DNA of 64,000 nt from an uncultured cyanobacterium (lineage in GTDB: Bacteria; Cyanobacteriota; Cyanobacteriia; PCC-6307; Cyanobiaceae): contig CAVXWZ010000008.1 in the NCBI GenBank assembly GCA_963765575.1, positions 1 through 64,000 of the forward strand. The letters run 5' to 3'. The notes beneath the pieces are model-generated. The model worked only from the letters and a program-made list of their open reading frames with translations. It was not told the DNA's origin and searched no databases. Within the stretch, counting starts at the first letter, position 1, and each line of letters starts with the position of its first letter. Of this stretch, positions 19,226 through 28,162 are shown piece after piece. The position numbers and the translations under genes are program-made.

Positions 19226-19652
19226 TCAGGGCAGCACCAACAGCAGCAGCCGATTGTCCTCCGGATCCAGCAGCCAGGCCTCGGCACCAAAGGATTCCTG
19301 CCGCGGCGGATCCTCCAGGGAGGCACCCAGGGCCAGGGCTGCGGTGATCCAATCGTTGAGCACAGCATGCGCGCCCGATCCATCCGCCTTTCGTTGCAGG
19401 CAGAGCGCCAATCGCCCCGGCTGCCGCGGCTGAGGCCGGCTCCTGGATGGGGCGTACACCTCCAACCAACCACCGGCCGGCCAAGGAACCCGCCAGTGCG
19501 TGCTGCTGAGGCCCGGCTGCGGCTCCACGTTGAGCAGAGCTCCATAAAACCGCGCCAGGGCGGCGGGATCGTCGGCGGCCAGCACGAGCGAGCTGGTGAT
19601 CGAGCCGGTGATTGATCGAGCCGGTGATGGCCGTGGCCTCTGGCTCGGGCAT
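19226..19652 (-). CDS. VOC/glyoxalase-family protein (5' frameshift at a 16-bp tandem duplication)
   Basis: LAADDPAALARFY..., SFG..AWLLDPEDNRL. Confidence 0.75.
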
Positions 19653-19658
19653 CCCAGA

Positions 19659-19901
19659 TCAGCGGCAGAGAGCTCCAGGGCGGACCACCGGACGGATGCT
19701 GCTGACGGCAGCAGTGGGGCCGCAGCCCACGCGCACCCGAACCGTGCAGTGGGCCGGCCCCATGTGCTCAATCAGGGCCTCTCGGGCCTCGTGCTGCAGC
19801 TCCTCCAGAGTCGGGGCGGTGATGCGGATGGGCAGGGCTTCGGCCTGGGCTTCCAGGTGGCCGGGTCGTTCAGCCAGAACGCGGAACACGACCTCACGCA
19901 T
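19659..19901 (-). CDS. Small hypothetical protein (HicB-like fold possible)
   Basis: MREVVFRV...ITAPTLEELQHEAREAL. Confidence 0.5.
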   Translation of the reverse strand: MREVVFRVLAERPGHLEAQAEALPIRITAPTLEELQHEAREALIEHMGPAHCTVRVRVGCGPTAAVSSIRPVVRPGALCR

Positions 19902-20008
19902 ACGGGGGTATCTCCTCCTTTCCGGCTCCATCCTTGGCCTGCCGAACGGTTCTGGCGGGTGCGTGCGGATACGGGGAACCGGCCCTGCGGGCACCTGCCC
20001 TTGCCGTC

Positions 20009-20563
20009 TCAAGCGAGCCAACCCCGTCCAGCGGCAAGCCTTGTGGCCTCCTGCACGGCCGTGATGCAGCGTTGGGCTCGGCGCTTGGCATCGTCCTGCC
20101 CCTGGGCCCGCAACACGTAGGCCTCCATCGCCTCCGGGGTTTCGATCAGCGCCAACAGGCCCGTGGTGCGCGCACCGATGGAGGCATCGGCGAGCAGACG
20201 GCTCACCAGGCCCTGCTCCCACAGCTGCTCGCCTGGGGAGCCGGCGGCAAACAGCTCCTGACGGAGCACTGCCAGCAGCGACTGCTTGAGGGCATCGAGC
20301 TGGCCTGGCCGCAGCCGGCGACTGTTGGGCAGGCCCGCTGCAGGGCCTGCCGGGATTGCGGCGGGGCGATCCGGGGTGTGCTCCACGCTCCAGCTCAAGC
20401 CGGTGCCCGGCAGCCCGACGGTGGTGCGGGGTCCGCCGTTGCGGCTCACGGGGATGTTGAACGAGGCGCCGCGCCCGCCAACAGAGATCGAGCTCAGCCC
20501 ACCCCTGGCGAAGTTGAAGCGCAGCGGGCCCAGGCGGGCGGAGCGGCGAAAGCGGAAGCCCAT
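20009..20563 (-). CDS. DUF4236-domain protein
   Basis: MGFRFRRS..LGPLRFNF...SISVG..G...TTVGLPGTGLS. Confidence 0.8.
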   Translation of the reverse strand: MGFRFRRSARLGPLRFNFARGGLSSISVGGRGASFNIPVSRNGGPRTTVGLPGTGLSWSVEHTPDRPAAIPAGPAAGLPNSRRLRPGQLDALKQSLLAVLRQELFAAGSPGEQLWEQGLVSRLLADASIGARTTGLLALIETPEAMEAYVLRAQGQDDAKRRAQRCITAVQEATRLAAGRGWLA

Positions 20564-20568
20564 GGCAA

Positions 20569-20980
20569 TTAGTCGTCGGCCTTGGAGCCACCGCAGTCCT
20601 GCCAGCTGTTCAGCAGATGAGCCAGCTCATCCTTCATGGCGGCCAGCTCATCGATGCGCAGGCTGATGGAGTCCATCTGGGCCGTAATACTGTGCTTGAG
20701 AACGGAGCAGTTGCAGACACCGGAACGCCGAACTTCCAGGATTTTCGTCAAATCGGGGAATCGACACATCCATCGCCCGTAGGGCGCGAATGATCGCCAG
20801 TTCAGCGAGATTCTCCTGATCAAACAGTCTGTAGCCGCCTTCCGAGCGAGCCTTCGGCTGGAGCAGTCCCGCGTCGCAGTAGAAGCGGATTGTCTTCACC
20901 GGTAGACCCGTACGCCGGGCCACCTCGCCGATGCGCAGGCTGAGGGCGGGTCTCGCTGACGCAGATCCCTGGCTTGCCAT
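20569..20980 (-). CDS. MerR-family heavy-metal-responsive regulator (frameshift ~20757)
   Basis: RIGEVARRTGLPVKTIRFY..GLL...RSEGGYRLF; CNC and WQDC. Confidence 0.88.
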
Positions 20981-20986
20981 GGCAAC

Positions 20987-21009
20987 AACCCTCCATCGGG
21001 TGGAAGCTT
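20987..21009. promoter_or_regulatory. MerR/CueR-like operator
   Basis: AACCCTCC-ATCGGGT-GGAAGCTT resembles ACCTTCC-N7-GGAAGGT, next to the merR start. Confidence 0.55.
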
Positions 21010-21130
21010 TTCAACACTAGGCAGCGCCAGGCCGCGAGTCGACCTCTCACCACTCTCCACCAGTCGTGCATTACTGGAGACATCCGTTAGGGTGGCCGTC
21101 CAGCAGGCCCCCTGCGCTCGCCACCGACCT

Positions 21131-21383
21131 ATGTCGCTCCTCCCCCGTCCCTGGGCAGCCCGGGCGGCAGCCGCGATGGGCGCCAACCTCCTGCTCTCAG
21201 CCGCTGGCCTGGCCGCTCCAGCCAGCCGGTTCCGGCGGCGTGCCAGCCCTCTACCCAAGCCAGGCAGAAGCGGAGAAGGCGGCCAAACTCCACTTCAACT
21301 GCATAGGCGCCCACAAGATGGGCAACCAGTGGATGCCCTGCGCCAAGCACGGTGACGGCCACGGCTCCGGGACCTCCCACTGA
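21131..21383 (+). CDS. Secreted DUF3721-family small protein (frameshift in signal region)
   Basis: LYPSQAEAEKAA...CIGAHKMGNQWMPC, His-rich tail. Confidence 0.7.
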
Positions 21384-21397
21384 CACCAGGCACTCCC

Positions 21398-21823
21398 ATG
21401 GCCCAGTGCGGCGACAAGCCCAAGCGGATCGCCTTCGGTGTGGCGCCCCTGGGGATCATCTCGATCGGCATCGTGCCGATGGGGGTTGTGAGCATCGGCG
21501 TGGTGCCGATGGGCGTCATCAGCCTCGGGGTGGTGGGCATGGGTGTGCTCAATGCCTGCGTCGTGGGAATGGGCGTGCTGGTGGCGGGCGTGAATGTGAT
21601 GGGGGTCTGGTGGGCCGGTGTCGAGGGCATGGGCCCGCGGCGCCTGGGGGCTCCTCCCAGTGCCCTGCATCAGCACAACCACAGCTCCCCCGGCCAGACG
21701 CCACAGAACTTGATGGCCTACCCCACCCGCGAGGAGGCACTAGAGCAAGCCCGGAAACTGGGTTGCAGCGGCGTTCATGCCATGGGCTCCCTCTGGATGC
21801 CCTGCGCCGAGCACCCTGAGTAA
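21398..21823 (+). CDS. Gly/Met 10-residue-repeat protein with C-terminal DUF3721
   Basis: Repeats GIVPMGVVSI/GVVPMGVISL/GVVGMGV...; YPTREEA...GCSGVHAMGSLWMPC. Confidence 0.75.
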   Translation: MAQCGDKPKRIAFGVAPLGIISIGIVPMGVVSIGVVPMGVISLGVVGMGVLNACVVGMGVLVAGVNVMGVWWAGVEGMGPRRLGAPPSALHQHNHSSPGQTPQNLMAYPTREEALEQARKLGCSGVHAMGSLWMPCAEHPE

Positions 21824-21879
21824 GGGATCTTTTGGGATTCGTCCGCAGGTCCAGGATGAAACCCATTGGCTCGCAGCTG

Positions 21880-22485
21880 ATGAACCGCATCCACTGGCAA
21901 TTCAGAGTGCTGCCCACTGCTGCAGCGGCCCTGGCCCTGGCGCCGGCGGCTGCCTGGGCCCATGCCGATGGCCACCCCGGCGGCGGTTTCATGGCCGGCT
22001 TGCTTCATCCCATCTCGGGCCTCGATCACGTCGTGGCGATGGTGGCCGTGGGTCTCTGTGGGGCGGTGCTCGGCCCGCCGGCCCTGTGGGTGCTGCCGGT
22101 GGCCTTTCCGATGGTGATGGCCTTCGGGGGGCTGCTCGGTCTTATGGGCGTTCCGATTCCGGGGGTGGAGATCGGCATCGCCGTCTCGGGCCTGGTAATG
22201 GGCCTGATGGTGCTGTTCGAGCTGAAGCCGCCGCTCTGGTTGGCGGCGCTGATCGTGGCCTCCTTTGCGGTGTTCCACGGCCATGCCCACGGCGCTGAAC
22301 TGCCCGATGGCAGCAACGCCCTCCCCTACAGCCTGGCCTTTGTCATCGCCACGGGGCTGCTGCATCTGCTCGGGATCCTGCTGGGAGAAACGCGCCGCTG
22401 GCCCGGTGGTCGGCGCTTTGTGCAAGGGGCCGGTGGGGTGGTGGCGCTGGTGGGACTGTGGTTTCTGGAGCAGGCCCTCACGTGA
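21880..22485 (+). CDS. HupE/UreJ-family Ni/Co transporter
   Basis: AWAH, HPISGLDH..AM, FHGHAHGAE. Confidence 0.92.
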   Translation: MNRIHWQFRVLPTAAAALALAPAAAWAHADGHPGGGFMAGLLHPISGLDHVVAMVAVGLCGAVLGPPALWVLPVAFPMVMAFGGLLGLMGVPIPGVEIGIAVSGLVMGLMVLFELKPPLWLAALIVASFAVFHGHAHGAELPDGSNALPYSLAFVIATGLLHLLGILLGETRRWPGGRRFVQGAGGVVALVGLWFLEQALT

Positions 22486-23033
22486 TCGCACTCCTGGCCC
22501 ATCTCACCCCCACCGGCTACGGGCCCTGGGGGGATGGCATGGCCCGGCTGTTCCTCGAGCCCACCGAACTGCTGTTGGTGATCGCCCTGGTGCTGCTGGG
22601 CGTGCAGGCCAAACGCGCTGTCAGCAATCGCCTGCCCTTGCTGCTGCCGCTCGCCTGGCTGCTGGGGGGCCTTATCGGCCTCCAGCTGCCCGCCGAGCTG
22701 CTGCAGGCGATGGCCTGCACGGCCGCGGTGGCAGCCGCCGGCCTGCTCGTGGCGCTGGGGGTGCGGCTTCGGCCTCGGGTGCTGTTGCCCCTGGTCGCCC
22801 TCCTGGCGGCAGCCTTCGCCCTGGTGGCGGGTTCGGCGCTCGCCGGCCACAGCGGCGCTTTGGCGGCCCTGCTGGGGGAGACCGTCGCCATCGCCGTCCT
22901 GACCACCCTGCTCACCCTGCTGCTGGCTCCGCCCCATCCCCGCTGGCGGGCCATTGCCGTGCGGGTGGGCGGCAGCTGGATCACGGCCGCATCCCTGCTG
23001 ATGCTCGGCTGGCTGGTGCGCCATCCGCAGTAG
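22482..23033 (+). CDS. HupE/UreJ-like membrane protein (divergent)
   Basis: LAHL..TGYGPW.DG; RVGGSWI.A..LLMLGW C-terminus. Confidence 0.65.
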   Translation: MIALLAHLTPTGYGPWGDGMARLFLEPTELLLVIALVLLGVQAKRAVSNRLPLLLPLAWLLGGLIGLQLPAELLQAMACTAAVAAAGLLVALGVRLRPRVLLPLVALLAAAFALVAGSALAGHSGALAALLGETVAIAVLTTLLTLLLAPPHPRWRAIAVRVGGSWITAASLLMLGWLVRHPQ

Positions 23034-23240
23034 TGCCCAAGCGCCTCCGCAGCCACACAATGGAGACAACGGTTCCAGCGGGTCACTCCCTGGAGGCAAC
23101 GAGGAAAGTCCGGTGAGGTGCAGGGTTCTCCTGAGCCGAATCCGGCGCTGTCCCGCAGCTGTGATGGGGGCCATGGCCCTCTCAGTCAGAACGCTCGCCG
23201 TGCCCAGCCCATCCATCACCGGCGCGGACCGGATCCCACG

Positions 23241-23846
23241 ATGACCCCATCCTTTTCGGCCAGGTCCCTGGCCCTGTTCGGCGCTGCCTCAGCCCTGGCG
23301 CTGCTTCTGGATCAGCCGGCCCAGGCCCATGGCATCGCCCACGGCGGCATCGCCGCCGGCTTCCTGCACCCGATCAGCGGTGTCGATCACCTGCTGCTGC
23401 TGGTCGGCATCGGGGCCGCCGCCTCCTGCATTTCTGGGCAGCTGCTGCTCTGGGCTCTGGCTGGGGCGATCGGCGGTGGCGTGTTCGGAGCGATGGGCGG
23501 CACCCTGCCGGCCCAGGAGTTCCTCGCAGCCCTGGCGATTACGGCCGTGGCGGTGCTGGTGCTGCGATGCCTCCACTCGCAGCAGAGCCCCCAGTTGGGT
23601 GCCTGCGCCGCCCTGGTGACCGCAGCGGTGGCGGTACACGCCATGCTGCACGGCCTGGAAGCTCCGGCCGACGGCTCCGCCCTGCTCTGGTGGCTGGGGG
23701 CCTTCAGTGGCTCAGTGCTGGTGAGCGGCGGCAGCTTCCTGGCGCTGCGGCGTCTGCCCTTGGCCTGGACCCGTGGCGTGTGCGTGCTGCTGGCTCTCTG
23801 CGGCGGCGTGGCAGCCCTGGGGCCAATCGGGTTACTGATGCGCTGA
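23241..23846 (+). CDS. HupE/UreJ-family transporter
   Basis: AQAHG, HPISGVDHLL, VHAMLHGLE. Confidence 0.88.
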   Translation: MTPSFSARSLALFGAASALALLLDQPAQAHGIAHGGIAAGFLHPISGVDHLLLLVGIGAAASCISGQLLLWALAGAIGGGVFGAMGGTLPAQEFLAALAITAVAVLVLRCLHSQQSPQLGACAALVTAAVAVHAMLHGLEAPADGSALLWWLGAFSGSVLVSGGSFLALRRLPLAWTRGVCVLLALCGGVAALGPIGLLMR

Positions 23847-24168
23847 GCCGGAAGCGGAGACACTTTGCCCGATGGGGGGAAGAGGATCACCATCCCCCCG
23901 ATCCCCCTCGCCGCTGACCGCGCCCACCACGCCGCTGCAGATCCGCGCCTATGAGGCGGCCGACTGGCCCGCGGTGTGGGCGTCCTGGTGATGCTCTCCC
24001 TGGTGGCGATCGCCAACCGCAACATGCTCCTGTTTGCCAACTCCTGATCCAACCGCTCGATCGATCGGACTATTGCGATGAACTGTTTCAGCCAGCCAGT
24101 CCTCCATCATCCCTTAACCAACAAATCTCGTTGATGGTCGAGGCTGGATCTTGTCTTGTTCAGCTGCC

Positions 24169-25251
24169 ATGGCTGGCCTGCTATCCGGCTCTGATCGCAA
24201 GCGGCGCCTGTGCCGTATCGCCATCCCCAGCTCCAGCCTGGCCCTGGTGGCTGTCCTGGCGGCCCTGCTAGGCGCCTGTGGAGGCCGTGACGCGAGCGGC
24301 GATGGCACGATCGCCATCAACGGCTCGAGCACAGTGTTTCCGATTATCGAGCGTGCAATCAAGGCCTATGGCGGCACCGAGCGGGGCCGCAACGTCACCG
24401 TGACCCTCAACGCGGTGGGCACCACCGGTGGCCTGCGGGAGTTCTGCCAGGGGACCATTCCGATCGCCAATGCCTCGCGACCGATCAGCAGTGCCGAGCT
24501 CAAGGCCTGTGCCGACAGGGACATCACCTTCATTGAGCTGCCGCTGGCCTTCGATGCCATCACCGTTATAGTGAATGGCGATAATAACTGGGCTTCGCAG
24601 ATCACCACCAAGGAGCTGGCCCGCACCTGGTCGAAGCAGGCCGAAGGCACTGTGAAGGCCTGGAACCAGATCAACATCGACTGGCCCGATCGCCCTCTGC
24701 GCCTCTGCGGCCCTGGTAGTGATTCTGGCACCTTTGACTACTTCAATGAGGCGATCAACGGCAACAAGAGCAATACCCGCACCGATGTTGAAACCAGCGA
24801 AGATGACAACGTGATCGTGGCGTGTGTGGCCGACGACCCCAATGCGATGGGCTACTTCGGGTTCGCTTATTTCCGTGTCAATGCCGACGGGCTCAAGGTC
24901 CTCCCGGTCGCACCATCCAATGGCATCGCCGTTGCCCCATCGGTTAAGACAGTCCAGGACGGAACCTACAGGCCGCTGTCGCGGCCGCTGTTCATCTATG
25001 TCAATGACAAACAGATGCTCGCCAACGACATGATCCGCAGTTTTGTGGGGTACACGGTGGGTAATGGGCTGCGTTTTGTGGAGGAGGCGGGGTACATCCC
25101 CCTGCCAGCCGATACTTACAGGCTGGTGGAATCGAAGCTCTACCGGCATGTGCTGGGAACCTCCTTCGGTGGCGACCTCCCGGTGGGGCTGACGATCGGT
25201 GAGGCCCTGCGGCGAAGCTTTGATCAGCAAAAACGACCAGAATTCCGTTAA
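24169..25251 (+). CDS. pstS: Phosphate ABC transporter substrate-binding lipoprotein (stand-alone)
   Basis: Lipobox LLGAC, GSSTVFPI, GT.GG..FC, NASRPI, DSGTFDYF, YRPLSRPLFIY. Confidence 0.92.
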   Translation: MAGLLSGSDRKRRLCRIAIPSSSLALVAVLAALLGACGGRDASGDGTIAINGSSTVFPIIERAIKAYGGTERGRNVTVTLNAVGTTGGLREFCQGTIPIANASRPISSAELKACADRDITFIELPLAFDAITVIVNGDNNWASQITTKELARTWSKQAEGTVKAWNQINIDWPDRPLRLCGPGSDSGTFDYFNEAINGNKSNTRTDVETSEDDNVIVACVADDPNAMGYFGFAYFRVNADGLKVLPVAPSNGIAVAPSVKTVQDGTYRPLSRPLFIYVNDKQMLANDMIRSFVGYTVGNGLRFVEEAGYIPLPADTYRLVESKLYRHVLGTSFGGDLPVGLTIGEALRRSFDQQKRPEFR

Positions 25252-25532
25252 GTGGATGCGGCAGCCGATTCGCCGTTGCTCCTGCGCTGCATGACTGGCT
25301 TGGATTGATAGGAGCTTGACACCCACAGGCCTGCGCACGTGTCATGTTCCAGCCTCCGCCCATCTGCAGATCAGCACCGATGCGAGCACAATCAGCTTGC
25401 TGGCGATGTCGAGAGACTGGTCAACACAGGGTGTATCCATGTTGGTATCAATGACACGAAAGGGATCCTTCATGGACTGTGAAACCTCATCGTCTCCACT
25501 CCTCGATCACCTTCACAGCTTTGTCTGTCGGG

Positions 25533-26989
25533 GGGGGCGTCCCGCCAAGTGGTGTAAATCCCGAGGAGCAGCACCGGCGTAGCCGGTGCTGGCGGCTTTC
25601 TCCTCAGAGCCCCTGCGTGGGGATGGGTGGGCCGTTCTGTGACCCTGGTCGGAGCACTACCACCTCCCTGAGACCAGACCATGCCCATCTCCGATTCTGC
25701 CGCCCATGAGCTGGCGCAACTGCTTGGCAGCGGCACCGCCGGTGACCTGATCCCCGAACTGGTGCGCCAGGGCCTACAGGCCCTGATTGAGGCCGAGGCC
25801 GCTGCTGCCCTTGGAGCCGATCGCCATGAGCGCACCACCCAACGGCGGGGCCACCGCAACGGCAGCCGGGAGCGTCTCCTGGCCACACCGGCCGGCGACA
25901 TCCAGCTGCGCATCCCCCGCTTCCGCACTGGCAGCTTCTACCCCTCGTTGCTGGAACCCCGCCGCCGGGTGGATCGGGCCCTGTGGGCCGTGGTGATGGA
26001 GGCCTACGTCTCCGGCGTCTCCACCCGCAAGGTGGACGAGCTGGTGGCCGCGCTGGGCTGCGAGAGCGGCATCTCCAAATCGGAGGTCAGCCGCATCTGC
26101 CAGGGGCTGGACACCCAGGTGCAGGCGTTTCTGAGCCGGCCGCTGGAGTTCAGCCGCTACCCCTACGTCTACCTTGATGCGACGTACCTGCACGGCCGGG
26201 ATCCGGCCCGCAGGCAGGTGATCTCCAGGGCGGTGATCGTGGCGGTCGGCATCACCGGCACCGGACAGCGGGAGGTGCTCGGGATTGAAGTCGGCGACAG
26301 CGAGGACGAGGCGTTCTGGACCGCCTTCCTGCGGCGCCTGCACGAGCGCGGGCTCTCTGGCGTGCAGCTGGTGATCAGCGACGCCCACGCCGGCCTCAAG
26401 AAGGCGATCGCCCGTTGCTGCCAAGGCACCAGCTGGCAGCGCTGCCGCGTGCACTTCGCCCGCAACCTGCTGGTCAAGGTGCCCAAAGGCAGTCAGGACA
26501 TGGTGGCTGCCGCCCTGCGCTCGGTGTTCGTTCAGACCGAGGCCCAGGCCGTGGAGCAGCAGTGGGAGCAGGTGATCACGATGCTCCGCGAGAAATTCCC
26601 CGCCGCCGCTGCCTTGATGGAGCAGGCCAAGGAAGACGTCCTCGCGTTCCGGGCCTTCCCGCCGGAGCACTGGCGCAAGATCTGGAGCACCAACCCCCTG
26701 GAGCGGCTGAACAAGGAGATCAAACGCCGCACCCGCGTCGTCGGCATCTTCCCCAACGACGCCGCGATCATCCGCTTGGTGGGAGCCCTGCTGCTGGAGC
26801 AGCAGGAGGAATGGCAGCTTGATGGCCGCCGGGTGTTCTCTGAACAGTCGATGGCCAAGCTGGACAACACCAGCGAACCAGTCCAAGATCAACCAACAGC
26901 TGCACTCGCTGCGGCTGCCTGATCACTGATCACCAATCTCCGATCAGGTCACAGGCCTCGGGATTTACACCACTCCAAGGGACGCGACC
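25533..26989 (+). mobile_element. IS256-family insertion sequence
   Basis: Imperfect terminal inverted repeats GG..GCGTCCC....AGTGGTGTAAATCCCGAGG at ~25533-25566 and ~26956-26989 flanking the transposase. Confidence 0.9.
25681..26922 (+). CDS. IS256-family DDE transposase
   Basis: GVSTRKV, YLDATY, ISDAHAGL, WQRCRVHF, STNPLERLNKEIKRR. Confidence 0.97.
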   Translation: MPISDSAAHELAQLLGSGTAGDLIPELVRQGLQALIEAEAAAALGADRHERTTQRRGHRNGSRERLLATPAGDIQLRIPRFRTGSFYPSLLEPRRRVDRALWAVVMEAYVSGVSTRKVDELVAALGCESGISKSEVSRICQGLDTQVQAFLSRPLEFSRYPYVYLDATYLHGRDPARRQVISRAVIVAVGITGTGQREVLGIEVGDSEDEAFWTAFLRRLHERGLSGVQLVISDAHAGLKKAIARCCQGTSWQRCRVHFARNLLVKVPKGSQDMVAAALRSVFVQTEAQAVEQQWEQVITMLREKFPAAAALMEQAKEDVLAFRAFPPEHWRKIWSTNPLERLNKEIKRRTRVVGIFPNDAAIIRLVGALLLEQQEEWQLDGRRVFSEQSMAKLDNTSEPVQDQPTAALAAAA

Positions 26990-26990
26990 A

Positions 26991-27515
26991 TCCTGGTCAG
27001 ACGTCAAGAGCAAGGTCACGAAGCTGGACGCACCTCAGCTGGTCAACCTGGTCGCTGACCTTTATCGGCTCTCCAAGGAGAATCAGGCCTTTCTTCATGC
27101 TCGGCTAGCGGTAGCCCAGGACCCGCTGGAATTCTACAAGAAAATTATCGACGAATGCATGTACCCGGATGTTCATAAGAACAAGCCCATCCAGATTGCA
27201 AAGGCTAAAAAAGCCATCAGTGACTACAGCAAGGCCGTCGGCGATGCATTGGGAGAAGCGGAGCTGATGACCTTCTTCGTGGAGCAAGGAAACGCCTTGA
27301 CGATCGACTACGGCGATATCGACGAAGGATTCTACGCTGCTCTGAACCTGATGTATCGTCGTGCCCTCGACAAGGTTTGCAGCTTGCCCGACGCAAGCCA
27401 AGACGCGTTCAAAGTGAGATTGGAAGCGATTATGAGGTCTTCTGCTCATATTGGCTGGGGTTATCACGATGAGCTGCGCGCCGACTATTTCCGCGCCTTT
27501 CCAGAAGACAAGTAG
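26991..27515 (+). pseudogene. Conserved hypothetical protein, 5' end cut by IS256
   Basis: Open frame SWSDVKSK..DLYRLSKENQAFLHAR..GWGYHDEL begins at the IS end with no start codon. Confidence 0.6.
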
Positions 27516-27571
27516 TCGGCGAACAAGGGCTGGTTCACACCAGCGTGGGCGCCTGCCACTCAGGTGCAGCG

Positions 27572-28129
27572 TTAACCCCCCGACTCCTCATCAGCGCTGA
27601 CCGCCATCGCCACCACGCGAACGGCACAAGCCTGGCAGATCTCAGCCCAACGATCGATGGTGATGCTGAGCCTCTCCGCAATCTCGTGGGGTGCTGTTCC
27701 CTCCCGCAGCAACTTCTGCCCTCGCGCATGCAGCTCCCGCCAGCGCCCCGGCACCGAGATCAGGAACCCCTTGTCGCGCAGGTAGTGGGTGATCTCACCG
27801 TTCACGTAGGGCCTGGCGTAGGCGATGAAGTGATTGGGGCTGCGGCCGGGACGCTGGTTGTCGTAGCGGCGTGAGGCCTTGATCAGACCGATCGCCGCCA
27901 GCTGCTCCAGGTCTTCTCTGGGGTGGCCGGTGCGGCGGGCGTAGTTGGCCGCCACTTTCGCCGCAAAGGGCAGGTGTTCCACCACCAGGGCATCCGTATC
28001 GGCATGGGGTGAGCGCAACGGGCCGCGCCGGTTGCTGGGCGCTGTTTTGCCAGGCGCACCTCTCGGTGCGACGACCCGGGCGGTGGCCTGCTGGGGCCTG
28101 GGGCGGTGTGCTGCTGGGTCAGTGGTCAT
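27572..28129 (-). CDS. Sigma-70-family factor (SigF/SigB-like regions 2-3)
   Basis: EDLEQLAAIGLIKASRRYD...F.AYA.P.V.GEI.HYLRD. Confidence 0.85.
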   Translation of the reverse strand: MTTDPAAHRPRPQQATARVVAPRGAPGKTAPSNRRGPLRSPHADTDALVVEHLPFAAKVAANYARRTGHPREDLEQLAAIGLIKASRRYDNQRPGRSPNHFIAYARPYVNGEITHYLRDKGFLISVPGRWRELHARGQKLLREGTAPHEIAERLSITIDRWAEICQACAVRVVAMAVSADEESGG

Positions 28130-28162
28130 CGTCAGAGGGGGTATTGCTCGGGGCCTGGCCCC

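Noticed and set aside
23950..24047. Membrane-protein C-terminal fragment (..GVGVLVMLSLVAIANRNMLLFANS)
   Set aside because: Too short and without a start to assign
24105..24125. Pho (SphR) box upstream of pstS
   Set aside because: Only one CTTAACC half-site; no 11-bp-spaced repeats
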